Assembly: GCF_006345805.1 (NCBI RefSeq) | Contig: NC_043000.1 | Location: forward strand, 19,902,001-19,966,000 | Length of the DNA stretch: 64,000 nt | Origin: Octopus sinensis | Lineage: Eukaryota | Direction of reading: 5' to 3' | Shown: positions 1-13,465 of the stretch, piece by piece | How positions within the stretch are numbered: the first letter of the stretch is position 1 | Layout of the letters: each line of letters begins with the position of its first letter | Notes under the pieces: generated by a model | What the model saw: the letters and a program-made list of their open reading frames with translations, nothing else | Told to the model about the DNA's origin: nothing | Database searches by the model: none | Position numbers and translations under genes: made by a program

Positions 1-920
1 TAGACAGAGGTCCAATAGAACAGCTCTCAGAAACAAACTACGTACAAGATCAGCAAAGGCATGCTGCACCATGTCAAATGGAGTCTCAAGAGAGAAGGGA
101 GATAAGATTTTCCCAAGATCAGCTGATGTATGCTGCAACACATCAAATGGAATCTCAAGACAGAAGTGAGATGAGACTGTCTCAAGATCAGCAAAGGCAT
201 GCAGCAGCACCTCAAATGGAGTCTCAAGACAGAAGGGAGATGTGACTTTCCCAAGATCAGCAAACGTATGCTGCAGCACATCAAATCGAGTCTCAAGACA
301 GAAGTGAGATCAGGCTTTCCCAAGATCAGCAAAAGCATGCTGCAGCATGTCAGATGGAGTCTCAAGAGAGAAGGGAGATGAGACTTTCCCAAGATCAGTA
401 ATGGCATGCTGCAGCACTTAATGATGAATCATTAAAACAATGTTTTCATTATTAAACAGAGGTCCAATAGAACAGCTCTCAGAAACAGACTAACTACAAA
501 TTCGTTCTTCACAACTCCTGGAACTGCTTTCAGATATGATCCATCCCATTCTTATTAAAGTTTCTGCAAAGCTTTAAAATTTCCAAATGAAATTAATGGC
601 ATGTGCTGCTCAGGCAGTAAGATAAGATTGCCAGTGCTACCAGCTACTCCTCAACCGCTTATGGACCTTCTGGAAGCACTTCCATCCAGTCAAAAGATTC
701 TCTGAACAATATCAAACAATACAACTCTGCATTTCAAATGACATCATTTGGTGCATCTAAGGAGATAGCTGAACATGAATTTTCACTAATGTTCAAAGTT
801 CAAGGGCAAGTCTATCACCTCACTGCTTCCCTGTTACCCAAAAATGAACAACCACAATTCCTAGAAATTTACTTTATGAGCCATGTAGGACAAGAAACCC
901 GAAGGAGGTATCAAAACTTC
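1..920 (+). mobile_element. Helitron RepHel N-terminal relic (pseudogenic)
   Basis: GMCCSGSKIRLPVLP..PQPLMDLL, NNIKQYNSAFQMTSFGA and FKVQGQVYH...SLLP...PQFLEIYF (ORF 738..1040) are typical pre-Rep Helitron motifs. They are preceded by charged 23-aa repeats; stops and frameshifts are present. Confidence 0.85.
45..416 (+). repeat. 69-bp coding minisatellite, about 5.4 copies (QDQQRHAAxxQMESQERREMRLS)
   Basis: CAAGAT anchors at 45, 114, 183, 252, 321 and 390 (period 69). Confidence 0.95.
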
Positions 921-1570
921 AGACAATGGGTTGTGTTAAACACAGCACCAACTACCACAAAGGAGAGTATATCCAGTAACAGCTTTGCAGTGTGTTCAAA
1001 AATCACATACCCCCACCCCCAATTTTCCATGACAGGTTAGGCCTGGAATACTCCAAACGGACACATGATATGTCGTTTAGTCAAATTAGCCCATTATTTA
1101 CTCCACAAATGTTTTGTTGTCAATGCTGCATTTTCCTGTATCCACTGTTTCAATATAACTGTAATATATATACAAACTATGCTGTTTTAATCCCAAGTAA
1201 TGCTGGGTATTTCTGCTAGTTATTATTATATTTGTACATCAAGCAAATCAGATAAATCCGATAATGGGAAAGTAGTGTTTGAGATCAGTCCAAAAATGTT
1301 TCTATGCACATTCATTTTGGCAATGAAGTTTTGCAGGAGGCTGTTAAAAGTGCTTTCATTGCTTTCCCACAAAATTTTAGTGGGTACGCTTGCACCCCTG
1401 CATCCCCTGTTCCCAAGCTCATGCATGCAATCATGAGTGCAACTTCCTAATCGCTCATTAAAACATTCACTAATTAATATATTCATAGATTTGTAAAGTG
1501 CACCACTAAATATGATGGAGGTTTGGACAGGTTTACATCTGTGCAGTCAACAGTACATCATAGTTATTAA

Positions 1571-1784
1571 CCCATTAACATTCAGAATTCTATGTCAAAC
1601 GTAATGCATATTTACAAACATCGTTTTAAATTTAATCATGCATTATCTCATAGCTTCAAAATTTTGATGATGTGATTGTTTATTTTTAAAATGACGGTAG
1701 GGTAGGTGGATGAAACCAGATTTGATCAGTTTGAACATAAATAGAATATTTGGGCTGGATAACACGAGTTTAAATGCTAAATGG
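1571..1784. mobile_element. piggyBac-like MITE
   Basis: TTAA on both sides; termini CCCATTAACATT / AATGCTAAATGG; same family as four other copies in the window. Confidence 0.75.
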
Positions 1785-3552
1785 TTAAGTCTAAAAATAT
1801 TATGACAGAATTGAAAGTATACAAGACAAAACGTCTAGTAGTATTTAATTACATTTCTTTACATTGCAAAATCAATTCCTGCTTGAGTAAATTTTGCTTT
1901 TCATTCTTCCAGAGTTGATAAAATAAGTACCAAGCATGTATTGGATTGATTCAATCAACAGTGTCCCTTCCCTCAATTTGTGTCAATGTCAGAGATCCCA
2001 ATAAAAGCTATGAGAAAAATAGGTTCACCCAGGCCAACATCATAACAGTTTCAATTAAAAGGATTTATTTCCCAGATACATGGCACAGTAAGTCCTAAGA
2101 TCCAGCCTTCAGTAACTCAGCATAATAATAAATACCCAGATTCATAATAATAAACATCCAAATTCTTGATAATAAATATCCAGATTAATACACATAATCT
2201 CTTTTTTAAGTGCAGCCTTCACTGATCTTCTAGAATACAGAATAACACTACTGACACACAAACCTGCAACCATCCACTTGTTATAAATAAATAACATTTT
2301 CTAATCTTCTAACCGCTAAATCTTTTTCTCTAAACTATTACCGACTTTTCTACCAATACTAATTAGGTTACCAAGATAAAGTGAAGTCATCATTAGAGTG
2401 TGTACTACTAGGACATAACCTACCTCTATCATTTATTGTGAAAAACACAGAATGAGAAAGAATTAAGTAAGATGAACCCTGCTGAAATGGTAATAATTAA
2501 TCCTGTAATTTTTTGTTTTAATTAGAATTACCTTTCATTAATGAGATCTCTTCCAGCCAATTATTCATTCTGATAATGTCTTCCAGCTTAGCTTATCATC
2601 TACTGCCAGATTTGGTATAATGAACCCAAGATTGAATAATTAATAATAGCCAAATGACTAATTCTAACATACCAACTCAATCTTAGATGTGGTTGCTAGA
2701 TCGGTCAGCTGAGGAAATGTATAGCAGATAAACGTTTTTACAATATTTTAAGAAAAGTAATATCCTATTTGTTCACATACACAGATACGCAGATGCTATG
2801 GTAAACCTAGTTACCAAATTCTTTTTCCAGTAAAGAGGTCAGCAAAATCACTTGTTACTGAAAATGACATCTGCCTGCAGCAGTTTGTAAACAGGCAAAA
2901 CAAACAACAGACATCAAATGGGGAATTATGTTGGCACCTAACCAAAAAAACAAGCAATATCATACATTTGAAAATCTTGGACAGATTCCAATGAACTCGT
3001 ATTACAAGAGCAAACTATAAAAGATTGTTCCAGGAAGAAATTCTGATATCTTAATGTGATAACAACTTGACCCTCAAACCTGATAGAAATCAAGGCCAAG
3101 TGAGGTCAGAGTAGCCTAACTCATGAGAAGGTTCAAATTCTAAGTCACAAATTAAAATCCTGTTTTGATACTTTACATGCAATGCCTCTTGAACAGTTTT
3201 GAGCTGAAATATCTAAGTAGCTCAATGAATCAAATGTAATTTGTCTACTGAAAAGTTGGCAAATACAACAAATCTTTAAAAAGACTACAAGATTCTCATA
3301 CCTAAAAAGCAACATTGTCAAATGGAATATAAAAAAAAAACAAGCATAGTAAATACATAGGTAGGAGGCTCAATTACTGGCACCTAAAGAAAATAAGCTT
3401 AAAAACCTATCTCAAGCCTTTCCTGTCCCATGATAAGACATTTTAATTTACATAGCACATCTAATCTACTAAGCTGAAAATAAGTAGCAATACAATTTCA
3501 CAGGTGAGTGGTTAGCATTATACAACATAACCAGCTATAATAATACTAATAC

Positions 3553-3588
<36 letters not shown>

Positions 3589-3869
3589 ATGGAGATATTT
3601 CAAATTGCTGATTCATTCAAATTATGTGAGCATGAACATACTGATCTACTTTATACAGCTAAATTGTTGAAATATCTTATGGCAGAACTGATGGGAAAAT
3701 ATTTGGGACTGTTAACATCATCTTTCCTTTAACTTTATTGTAAAATATGATATTTTGAAGAAGTTAGCTTCTATATGTCATTAAATGCATATATGTGTAC
3801 ATATGAACTCAAGTTGAAATCGAATTCACAAACTCTAACAAGATTTCATCACTTATTCATCAAATTTCT

Positions 3870-4254
3870 ACTTTTATCTTTTACTTGTTTCAGTCATTGG
3901 ACTACAACCATGCTAGGACACAGCTTCAAAGGGCTTTAATTGAACAAATCAACCACAGTACTTATTTTTCAAGTCTGGTAGTACTCTATCAGTCTTTTTT
4001 GCCAAACCATTAAGTTACAGGGACATAAAACAATACTGTTTGTCATGCAGTGGTAGAGACAAACACATACACACACACACATACACACACACACAATGGG
4101 CTTGCACATAGTTTCCATCAACCAAATTCCCTCACAAGGCATCAGTCAGCCCAGGGCTATAATTGAAGATACTTTCCCAAGAGGCCTCACTGAGGGACTA
4201 AACTTGAAACCACATAGCTGCAACACAGCTTCTTAACCACACAGCCACGCATAT
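3870..4254 (-). mobile_element. tRNA-derived SINE, family A (decayed)
   Basis: Colinear with the well-preserved copy at 51601..52000. Confidence 0.75.
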
Positions 4255-4485
4255 GCTATGAATAAATACTCCAAACATTTTTTCAGTTCAGGAGATATTT
4301 AAGCACATTTTTTCTTAATGGCAACTACATTAGGCTGTGTTCAATATTAGGTTTACTGATTGGTCTATAAGTACTATATACAATCTGCCTTCTATTTTCA
4401 TTAGTAATAACCATATTGAACTATACTCAATACAGAGTGAATTATACTGTGGTACCATTATTTGATAAGACATGTCAACAATATA

Positions 4486-5358
4486 CAGGGTGCGGTGAAT
4501 AAACTGTCACCTAAATTACGCAGAAATGAAAATAACATTGATATCTCATTTTAACAGATATATTTACCAAAATTACATAAAAATATCTTGAAATACTAAA
4601 GAGTAAATTTATTCAATAAAATTGCCATTGGCTTCAACCACAGCCTCCAGACGACTTCAGAATCTCCTGCAACTCTTCTGAACAGTCTCCTTGTTTAAGT
4701 TGGTGAATGCTGCCATAATCCTTGCCTTCAGTTCATCTTTGGTGTTACAAGGAGTTTTGTTGGTCTCTCACTCAACTGCATCCCACACATAATAATCAAG
4801 GGGAGATAGCTGGCCAGATGTTAGGGTTTTGTGGTTGCAGAAATTGTCTGACAGCCATGACTGGGTTCTCCTGCTTGTGTGGCATGATGCAGAGTCCTGT
4901 TGCTAGACATAGGGTCTTCCAGCAGCCACCCTCTTGACTCAGGCAGCACTACCTCCTCCAGGCACATGATGTAGGCTTCCATGTTGAGTCTGAGGCCATG
5001 TGGGAAGATGAATGGAGGCATAATGTCACCATCACTAGTGATCATTCCAAACACCATGATGTTGACTGGATGTTTGATTTTTATCACTCTTGGTATATGT
5101 CCTCAGATTGCACTGAACTCAGATTGACACCCAAACACTCTGAAATGTTCATATTGTAGCTTCAAGCACAAATGCCGAGCAGTACAGTATTTCGTTTCCA
5201 AATTTCTGGCAGAGTGAATAGTGTGAAGGTGCTGTTTTTCTCACAGACAGTGCCCAACTGACTCTACTATACTGTGTAGTTGACAAAATCAAAAAGAAAC
5301 AATGTGCATGCATGAAATGAAAAATATAAAATGGTGACAATTTAGCCATTGCACCCTG
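4486..5358 (-). mobile_element. Internally deleted Tc1/mariner-superfamily transposon (DD37D/maT-like)
   Basis: TA-flanked imperfect TIRs CAGGGTGC...TGTCACC. ORF 4821..5087 encodes KHPVNIMVFGMITSDGDIMPPFIFPHGLRLN. Confidence 0.85.
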
Positions 5359-5361
5359 TAT

Positions 5362-5815
5362 ATCTTTTACTTGATTCAATCATTTGACTGCCACCATGCT
5401 GGGGTACCCCCTTGAAGGATTTTAGTCAAAACAAACCGACCCCAGGACTTATTTTTAAGCCTGGTACTTATTCTATTGGTCTCTTTTGCCAAACTGCTAA
5501 ATTATAGGGACATAAACACACCAACACCAGCTGTCAAGCAGTGATGGGGGAAAAAGACAAATACAGACACAAAGACACACACATAGATATTTACACATAC
5601 ATGCATGCATACACACACACACACACACACACACAACACACACACACACACACACAAGCTCCTTTCCGTTTCTGTCTGCCAAATCCACTCACAAGGATTT
5701 AGTTAGCCCAAGGCAATAGTAGAAAACACTTTCCCATGGAGCCACATAGTGGAACTGATACCAGAACCACATGCTTGGGAAGCAACTTATTACCACACAG
5801 TCATGCCTGTGTGGC
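5362..5815 (-). mobile_element. tRNA-derived SINE, family A, with expanded internal (CA)n
   Basis: Colinear with 51601..52000. Confidence 0.75.
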
Positions 5816-5911
5816 TACACACACACACACACACATCATCATCATCATCATCTTCATCATTATCATCATTTAACATCCATGTTATCATGGGTTGGACGGT
5901 TTGACAGGAAC

Positions 5912-7570
5912 TTAGTTAGTTAGTTAGTTAGTTAATTCTTTGGCTCAAAAAGCAAAAAGCAAGGCCATGTAGGGGGACATGGAGTTATGTACAGGGTGGT
6001 GTTCAGGTAAAGAGTTCAGGCCACTTGTGGTCAAGGGAGACTTTGAACCGAGCGGTCGTCGGCATCTTCACTATCTCGTCTGGCAGCTTATTCCACAGAT
6101 CCACAACCCGGACGGAGAAAGCCCCTCTCCTTCGATTGAGATGAAATTGTCACAGATAGAGCTTTTCGGAATGACCCCGCAGCCGACGCTCTGGAGCAGG
6201 AGTGAAGAACAGCTCTTTCGAGAGGTTACACTTTCCACTTATGATGTTGTGAGCAAGAATGAGATCACCACGGCGGCGGCGTTTTCCTAGGAATAAAGGT
6301 CGAGCATCTTCAGCCTTTCTTCATAAGACAAATTCTTGAGACCGAGAACCAGAAGCGGGTAGCCAGCTTCTGGACTCTTTCGAGATGATGTATGTCTTTG
6401 AGGAGATAAGGAGAAGAGGCTTGAATCCCGTACTCCAATATGGGTCTCACCAGCATGACATAGAGTGGTAGGAATATGGCTGCTGTGAGCATTCCGAATG
6501 ACCGTTGAATCAAGAACAGAACTCCGCGTGCTTTGTTGGCAGCATGGACGCACTGGGCCGAAGGCAAAAAGGAGGAATCCACCAAGATACCCAGGTCCTT
6601 TACCTGATCAGTCCTCTCCAGCAGCAGACGACCTGGCTCGAAATCAAGTTGAGTTGCAGGAGGAGAGCCAACAGGCAGATGACAGCACTTTGACACGTTC
6701 AGACACAGGTCCCATTCGTTAGACCATCTCCAAATTTGGTGGAGGCATCGACGAAGATCCTCTATATCATCGCGAGGAGCGACCAGTTTGACATCGTCGG
6801 CAAATAGTGTTGCATGAGGGCATCGGGCAAGTCATTTATGAAGACTAAGAACAATAAGGGCCCAAGCACTGAACCTTGAGGCACGCCACTGCTCGCACTG
6901 GAGACGTCGGACCGCGAACCATTAACTTGGACTTGGAAGGAGCGATCTGAGAGGAAGGCACCAACCCATCATACAATATCCGGATGGAAACTATATGCTT
7001 GAAGCTTGACAAGTAATAGGCGGTGGTTTACCGAGTCAAAAGCTTTGCAAAGTCCAATAAAACGATGTCAACAGCATCACTATCATCGAGGATGCGTGTC
7101 ACAAATTCTTCCATTACCAGTAAGTTGGTCAAGCATGATCTCTTCGGCATGAAGCCGTGTTGGGAATCAGAGATAGAGGCTGTGTTTTGGAGGTGGAGCA
7201 TCATACTTTTCTTAAGGATGGTTTTGAACATCTTGCTGATTACTGATGTAAGGGAAACCGGTTGCTAGTTAAGCGGGTCTTCGTGGCTCCCTTTCTTGAA
7301 AATTGGGCAGATTATCGCTGTTCTCCAGTCCGCAGGTATAACACCCGTCGCCAATGACATATTGAATAGACGTGTTAAGGGCTCGCAGATGACCGGAGCC
7401 AACGCTTTGATAACTCGTGGGTGTATGCCGTCAGGGCCGTCACCCTTGTTGACATAGAGGCCTTGAATAACGCGTTCGACTTCATCCCGTGTGATGACCA
7501 ATCGAAGCATTGGAGGTACCGATCTATCAAATGGAGGGGGTTCATGACCATCATCTTGTATCCAAGAACT
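5912..7570 (-). mobile_element. 5'-truncated CR1-clade LINE (RT and C-terminal ORF2, 3' UTR, (TAAC)n tail)
   Basis: GPDGIHPRVIK, DWRTAIICPIFKKG, QHGFMPKRSCLTNL, VPQGSVLGPLLF, FADDVKL, LERVQKLATR and LSYEERL motifs. Tail is (TTAG)n on + at 5912..5934. GAACT at both junctions. Confidence 0.92.
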
Positions 7571-7769
7571 AATGTATCCAAGGACTGAACTAAGCTTCAA
7601 TGTCTCCTCTGTTATTGTTTCTATGACTGGATGTCCTTCCTAACGACAACCACCTAACAGCATGGACTGGTTGCCATTTCCATGCTACTTGCACTATTGA
7701 GGGCATCAAGCAATTCACAGCAGGACTATGTGTGTGTGTGGGTATATATATATATATATATATATATAT

Positions 7770-7987
7770 GGCCGTTGCCAGTACTGCCTGACTGGCCCTC
7801 ATGCTGGTGGCATGTAAAAGTACCCACTACACTCTCGGAGTGGTTGACATTAGGAAGGGCATCCAGCTGTAGAAACTCTGCCAGATCAACATTGGAGCCT
7901 GGTGCAGCCATCTGGTTCGCCAGTCCTCAGTCAAATCGTTTATCTCAGGCTAGCATGGAAAGCGGACATTAAACGATAATGATGATA
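7770..7987 (+). mobile_element. 3' UTR fragment of RTE family 1 with (GAT)n tail, flanked by (TA)n
   Basis: GGAAGGGCATCCAGC...CATGGAAAGCGGACATTAAACGAT(GAT)n. The same tail follows RTE ORF2 remnants at 14243..15187 and 48660..49287. Confidence 0.8.
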
Positions 7988-8139
7988 TGATATATATATG
8001 GTGTTAGGAAGAGCATCCAGCCAGAGAAACCATGCCAAAACAGTCATAGAGCTTGAAAAGCCCTTCAGCTGGTTAGCTCCTATTAAACCGTCCAACCCAT
8101 GCCAGCATGGAAAAACGGACATATGATGATGATGGTGTG

Positions 8140-8183
<44 letters not shown>

Positions 8184-10167
8184 AAAAACACAGCTAATTT
8201 CCTCTCTTCTCTAAGCATAACAAATATATTAAAGCCTCTTCCTATCCAAACTAAATGCACATTTAGACAATGTGAATAGTTCGTCTTTAAAATGATTGCT
8301 AAATTTTCCAGTCCACTGATCAACAGAGCACAACCAAAAAGATGCATCACAATTTCAAGTATTTCAACAGCCTTCTAACAAACACAGGTAAGATGAAAGA
8401 AGCATGTTACAAAATAATTCAGCAAATGTTATAAAGGAACCCCCAATTAAATACTTATTAATCTATCACATCACAAATTCACTCAATACAAAAAAATCCT
8501 GCTAAACCTACGTATATATTACAATATCTAACTTAAATATAGTAAAAGGACTCAGAAAGTTGAATTAGAAATGCTTAACCCATCACTGGGGAAGTCAAAA
8601 TATAAAAGTAATTAGCTTTCGCAGAAATTTGAAATACATACTTTTAGGATAATCCAGTTGTATATATAGGAATAAACCTTACGTAACTATCTTGAATACC
8701 CAAGCACCAACATATTTTCCCATAGCTATTAAGAATATTTATTGCAATAAAAAATATAAAAATAGTGACAAAAACAACATTGATATTCAATATATCAAAA
8801 TAATTAATTATAAAGTTAATGCATCCTTAATGACCCGTCAAAATTCTAAAACATTCCTCTATGCTACTACCATATAATTTCAAGTCTGCTTGAACATTTT
8901 TATTGACTCCAGTGAAGCTGTTATCAACTAGAAATGTAAACTTGCTAAAGCTGTAGGTGAATTTTTACCAGGTTATATTTATAGCCTAATAATTAGATAA
9001 GTTAACCAAGCCATATATCCCACTTAATTATGAGGTATGAAGTTGCAAGAATGTTTAAAAACTCTCAATAATGTCACACCAAGGAAATTTTTAAGTTCAC
9101 TAGTGATTGGAAGTTCGTTTTGTAATGTTCCTGTACAAACTAGTAGATATGTAATTTTGAAGAACATAGGTAGGTATTTCAGTAGAAATTATCATCATAA
9201 ACGTTATCACCATCACCATTGTTTTTATGTCTGCTTTTTCTATGCAGTTACAGGATAGATGAGACTTCTCGAGGCAGTATCCTACAACTGTATGCCCTTC
9301 CTCATGCTAACTCTGATCTGTTTTCAAGTAGATACTTCATTCCACTAGTCTTTGGACCTTAAACCACCCTATCTGTTTTTTGTGCAGGATATAAAACAAA
9401 CAAACCTGCTGATCAATCAGTGTCAATGTAAAGACACATGGAGGAAAATTCACATGTGCACACATACATGCACACATATCACATACGCAGCTGTATACAA
9501 CAGGCTTCCATACAGTTTCCATTTACCAATTTCACTCACAAGGTATTGGTCAACCCAAAGTCATGCAGAGGGATCCACCTAAATTAAATGGATTGCAAAG
9601 TGAACTTCTAAACTACAATTTTAAAGAACATATATTAATGTTCCAGGACAAACCACTATAATTTTAAAGTACACATATGAGTATCTTAGTAAAACTTACA
9701 ATAGATATGATTGTAAAAAAAACATTCCAAAAATGGGACCTATATGTGAGAAGTGTTCTCTGATCCATTTAGGAGGGTCAGTAATGTTATATAAAAACTG
9801 ACTTGGTCCCAGCCTATCTGTCCAACCCATACCAATATGGAATGATAATAATGATGAAGTTGACAATATGGCAAGGATCGTGATGATACTTTTACTGCTT
9901 CTATATCACCTATTTTTACCTACTAAAATTTTAAGAAAATTATCCATCTACTTTCAGACATCTTTAGATTAAATTTACACCCAAATCAAATGTGATAAAT
10001 AAAGTAGTTTTAGAGCCATTTGGCATTTTTTCTAGCATGCGGATTTACTATCATAATTTTATGATTATATTTATAAAATTAAATACTTTGTATTAATTTT
10101 TACCTAAATTGGTTTTTACATGCTAGGTACTTGATAAAATCCTATATAGATATAAATCCTATATAAT

Positions 10168-10203
<36 letters not shown>

Positions 10204-11049
10204 CCATCATCCTCATAATATAAATGGAAAAATTTTAAAGCATAATGTAATAATAAAGGCTAAAGGCAATCATACAAGAGATAGATTATCAATAATCATA
10301 TAGTGCAAACATTTTAAAGCTATACACATTATAATATGTAAAAGATGAAGCTTGACATACCTAAAATACCCAAAACCAAAACCAAGCCAAAAGGTCAGAC
10401 TTGATATGGATTTAAGTATTACCAATGAAGTACATGTCCACCACCAATTTCCCAACATCTTTGGTTCAAACTCGTGCCAGATTATTTTGAGGGATTATCC
10501 ATTTTGCCAGATTAAAAAAGGTTAAGTGATAGTAATCCATAGCAAATCCCTTAGAAGATTTCTGCCATATTATTAATAAGTATTTTTGCTAGAAATTCTT
10601 CACAACACACCTTTATCTATTTGGTAGAAATGTTATGAAGCTGGAAACATTCTTCCAGCACTTCTACTATAATAACTTAAAAGCTCAAGTATTTAAAGTG
10701 AAATCTAATGTCATACACTCACGCCATACATTCACCTCCTAACTGCTAGGCTCCTACCAGACCATCTTTTGAAATGTTACTGAAAAAGGCATATATGTAC
10801 GCTTTCTCTCTTTCAGAGTGGGACACTGTATCTTTCAGAATGAACATAAATCATCTAATACTTTGCTTTTCAAAGAGATAGATAATGTGCTTAGGAGGTT
10901 AGGGTGTTAGATTTTGTTTTAAACATATTTTTATATTATTACAGTTAAGTGCCAGAAAAGTATTTCTATCTCCATGATGTTACTAGAGAACAAACAAATG
11001 TGTTGCGAAAGCTTAGTAATGAAAAGCCATTAATAATGGTTACAGGAAA

Positions 11050-11760
11050 TACATTGATGACAAGTATGCCCGTCCTCATGGCTGAGGCCCTCCAACCCTC
11101 AGTCACAACCAACCATTCATCGCCACACACTGCAGTTCCATTCTGAAGTCATACACTCTGCAGGGACCTCCCCATCCAGTCCTTCATGTCATGGCTCTGT
11201 TTTTATTGTTGTCACTTATGAGCCTATTTTCTGTTCACCAAGACTCTAAGTATGTGAGTACAGAGGTTCTGAGCTCTGATAAAAGCCAAAATATTGCAGT
11301 TTCACAGTCTAACCATCTTTGTCACTAGTGAGCCCATTTTTTTACCCACCAAGCTCCTGGGGGAGGGGGGAGGTAGTCACAGTGGTTCTGAACCTCGATA
11401 ACATGGCCAAAATAATGCAGTTCTCACCATCTGACCATCATCACCAACTCTCATTCTGCTCCACTCTCCTCCAGGACTGACTTGTTTATTCCACAAGCCG
11501 CCCAAATAATCCACAGTACTTACTTCTGGCACATCATCTCACATGCCCTCAGTCACTTACTGTTCGCTACCTTTAAGGTTCATGCCTATATGATGCTACA
11601 AACCAGATCAGGTGTTTTAAAAATTTCAGTTTGAAGCATTTACCAAGGGCACATTCTCTACATATTGCACTAAGAGACCTTAAGGCTAAATAACCACTCT
11701 GTAACCCAAACTACAACTCATTTACACCTTTTTCTCAAGCTATAAAATGTTCGCCCTATT
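11050..11760 (-). mobile_element. Old, highly decayed RTE ORF2 fragment
   Basis: Weak VDYLG...VSPGG similarity to the VDSFHYLGDQVSSGGG region of the RTE at 59939. Confidence 0.35.
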
Positions 11761-12089
11761 GTTTAACAACACCATAACCATAACCAAGCTTTAACTTCTC
11801 TACCCTGGAGATGGCAAATACATAGCTGAAACTCAATGAATATGTTACATTTGAATGTTTGTATGAGTGGAATGTCTTTTGATTTTTTTACTTAGAGATA
11901 CAATATTATTTTTTCAGTTGGATGTCTTTCCTTCCTACCACTAACAAGTGAAACCTGTTTTTTGTTCATTCGAGCAAACTGGTGGGAGCTGGATGGGTGC
12001 ATTACTCATAGAGTACAACACAAGTACAATAGTAAAAAGTGAACTTATGACCACGTAGTTAGTAATCCTGTGCCTAACAGCTACTGTGC

Positions 12090-12177
12090 CTCACACTCAC
12101 ACACACACACATACATATATATATACTCATATATATATATGTATGTATACACACACACACACACACATACACACACA

Positions 12178-12236
<59 letters not shown>

Positions 12237-12246
12237 GTGTGTGTGT
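12090..12246. repeat. Compound (CA)n/(TA)n microsatellite
   Basis: Directly visible. Confidence 0.95.
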
Positions 12247-12581
12247 AAAAAAATACAAACTGGGACAAGAACGCAAAACATTTAGAAGACGATACAAAAA
12301 ACACAGACGGGACATTCGGGAAATATAAAGGGCATTGAATTAAAGTCAGAAAAGGTGTTTAAAGATTTAATGTAAACTATACTTGTATTCCAAGTGAACG
12401 AATAATAAAATATGAATAAAAAAGTAAACAAATGCTTTAGCAGTAAGTAAAATTTAAGTCTTATAATGCTTTACCACTGCCAGTTATAAAATGATGACAT
12501 TTTTTTTATTTCACGTAATTTTTATATATAGTAACAGAAGAAACAAGTTGACAGAGATTATAAATAGAAAAAGGCACTGAC

Positions 12582-12654
12582 CTGTCGTTGGATTGCTAAT
12601 TGTAATGCCAAGTGGAATGATGCTAGGAAATCATTAGGATCTTCTTGAAATGCT
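12582..12654 (-). CDS. TTC7: TTC7 internal exon (73 nt): (K)AFQEDPNDFLASFHLALQLAIQRQ
   Basis: Acceptor tttgttctcttcag, donor CAG/gtcagt. Resembles TTC7B AHSLSPTDHQAAFYLALQLAISRQ. Confidence 0.93.
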
Positions 12655-13465
12655 CTGAAGAGAACAAATAAAAATATTGGAAAGCTTAAAAAAATGTACA
12701 AATACACACACAAACAAACAAGAAAAGTTAGGCCCTTCTGAAAATTTATAAAATTATAGCTGAAGGCACTGCTTAAAAAAAAAAGGAATGCTAGTCAGCA
12801 GAATAATTCTTGATATCTTGATATTCTTGTTTTGTTTTTTGTTTCTTTGGGGGGGGGACAGTTTTTGTTTGGTTGTTTTTTTGGGGGTTTTTTTCAGTAT
12901 TATTTGTACATGAGAGAAGAATCTCAAGGAATTTCAAGAGATAAATTTTTTTCACTCTTCAATAGAAAATTAAAAATGAGAGAAAAACAGAAAGTTTTTA
13001 GCAGAAACATGTCAAATAGAATCTTTGCAGATTTGTTGAAGATATTCACCAATTTACAGTGAGTAATGCAGAGCAAGAATGACTAAAGTTTCAGGCACTT
13101 CAGTTTAATTCCTATCCACTTTTTGCTGATACAGGCCATCAGTAGCTCACCAATTCAATTATCTTTTTAGTAGTAGAGAGAAGCTATTTACTAGATGAGG
13201 ACTCCCTTTTGCGTGTGTATAAGGATGACCGTTTTACACAACATTTATTCATTTATTTTATCTTTTATTTGTATTAGTCAATGGACTGCAGGCACAACCT
13301 TGAAGGGTTTAGTTGAACAAATCAACTCCAGTACTAATTTTTCTAAGTCTGGTACTTATACTATTGGTCTCTTTTGCTAAGTTACAGGGACGATTGCGAA
13401 GCAGTGGTAGGGAACAAACAGCATATAAAGACAAAGACACACGCTCTCTCTCTCTCTCTTTTTCT

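Noticed and set aside
27-407. Minus-strand 126-aa Leu-rich repeat-like ORF
   Set aside because: Antisense reading of the 69-bp Helitron repeat; the meaningful frame is on the plus strand.
1226-1486. 86-aa ORF with faint resemblance to a LINE endonuclease segment
   Set aside because: No diagnostic GDFN or SDH motif; the similarity is too weak to call.
7940-8400. Hydrophobic ORF considered as the next TTC7 exon (HLFGCALLIS versus HLLALLLS)
   Set aside because: No convincing similarity to the expected I.EA...V..AL...SLHLL.LLLSAQK segment and no suitable donor; it runs into an RTE tail.
10330-10460. Exon-like segment ending TTTTAG/gtatgt on the minus strand
   Set aside because: The peptide (SLTFWLGFGFGYF) has no TTC7 similarity and no acceptor could be supported.
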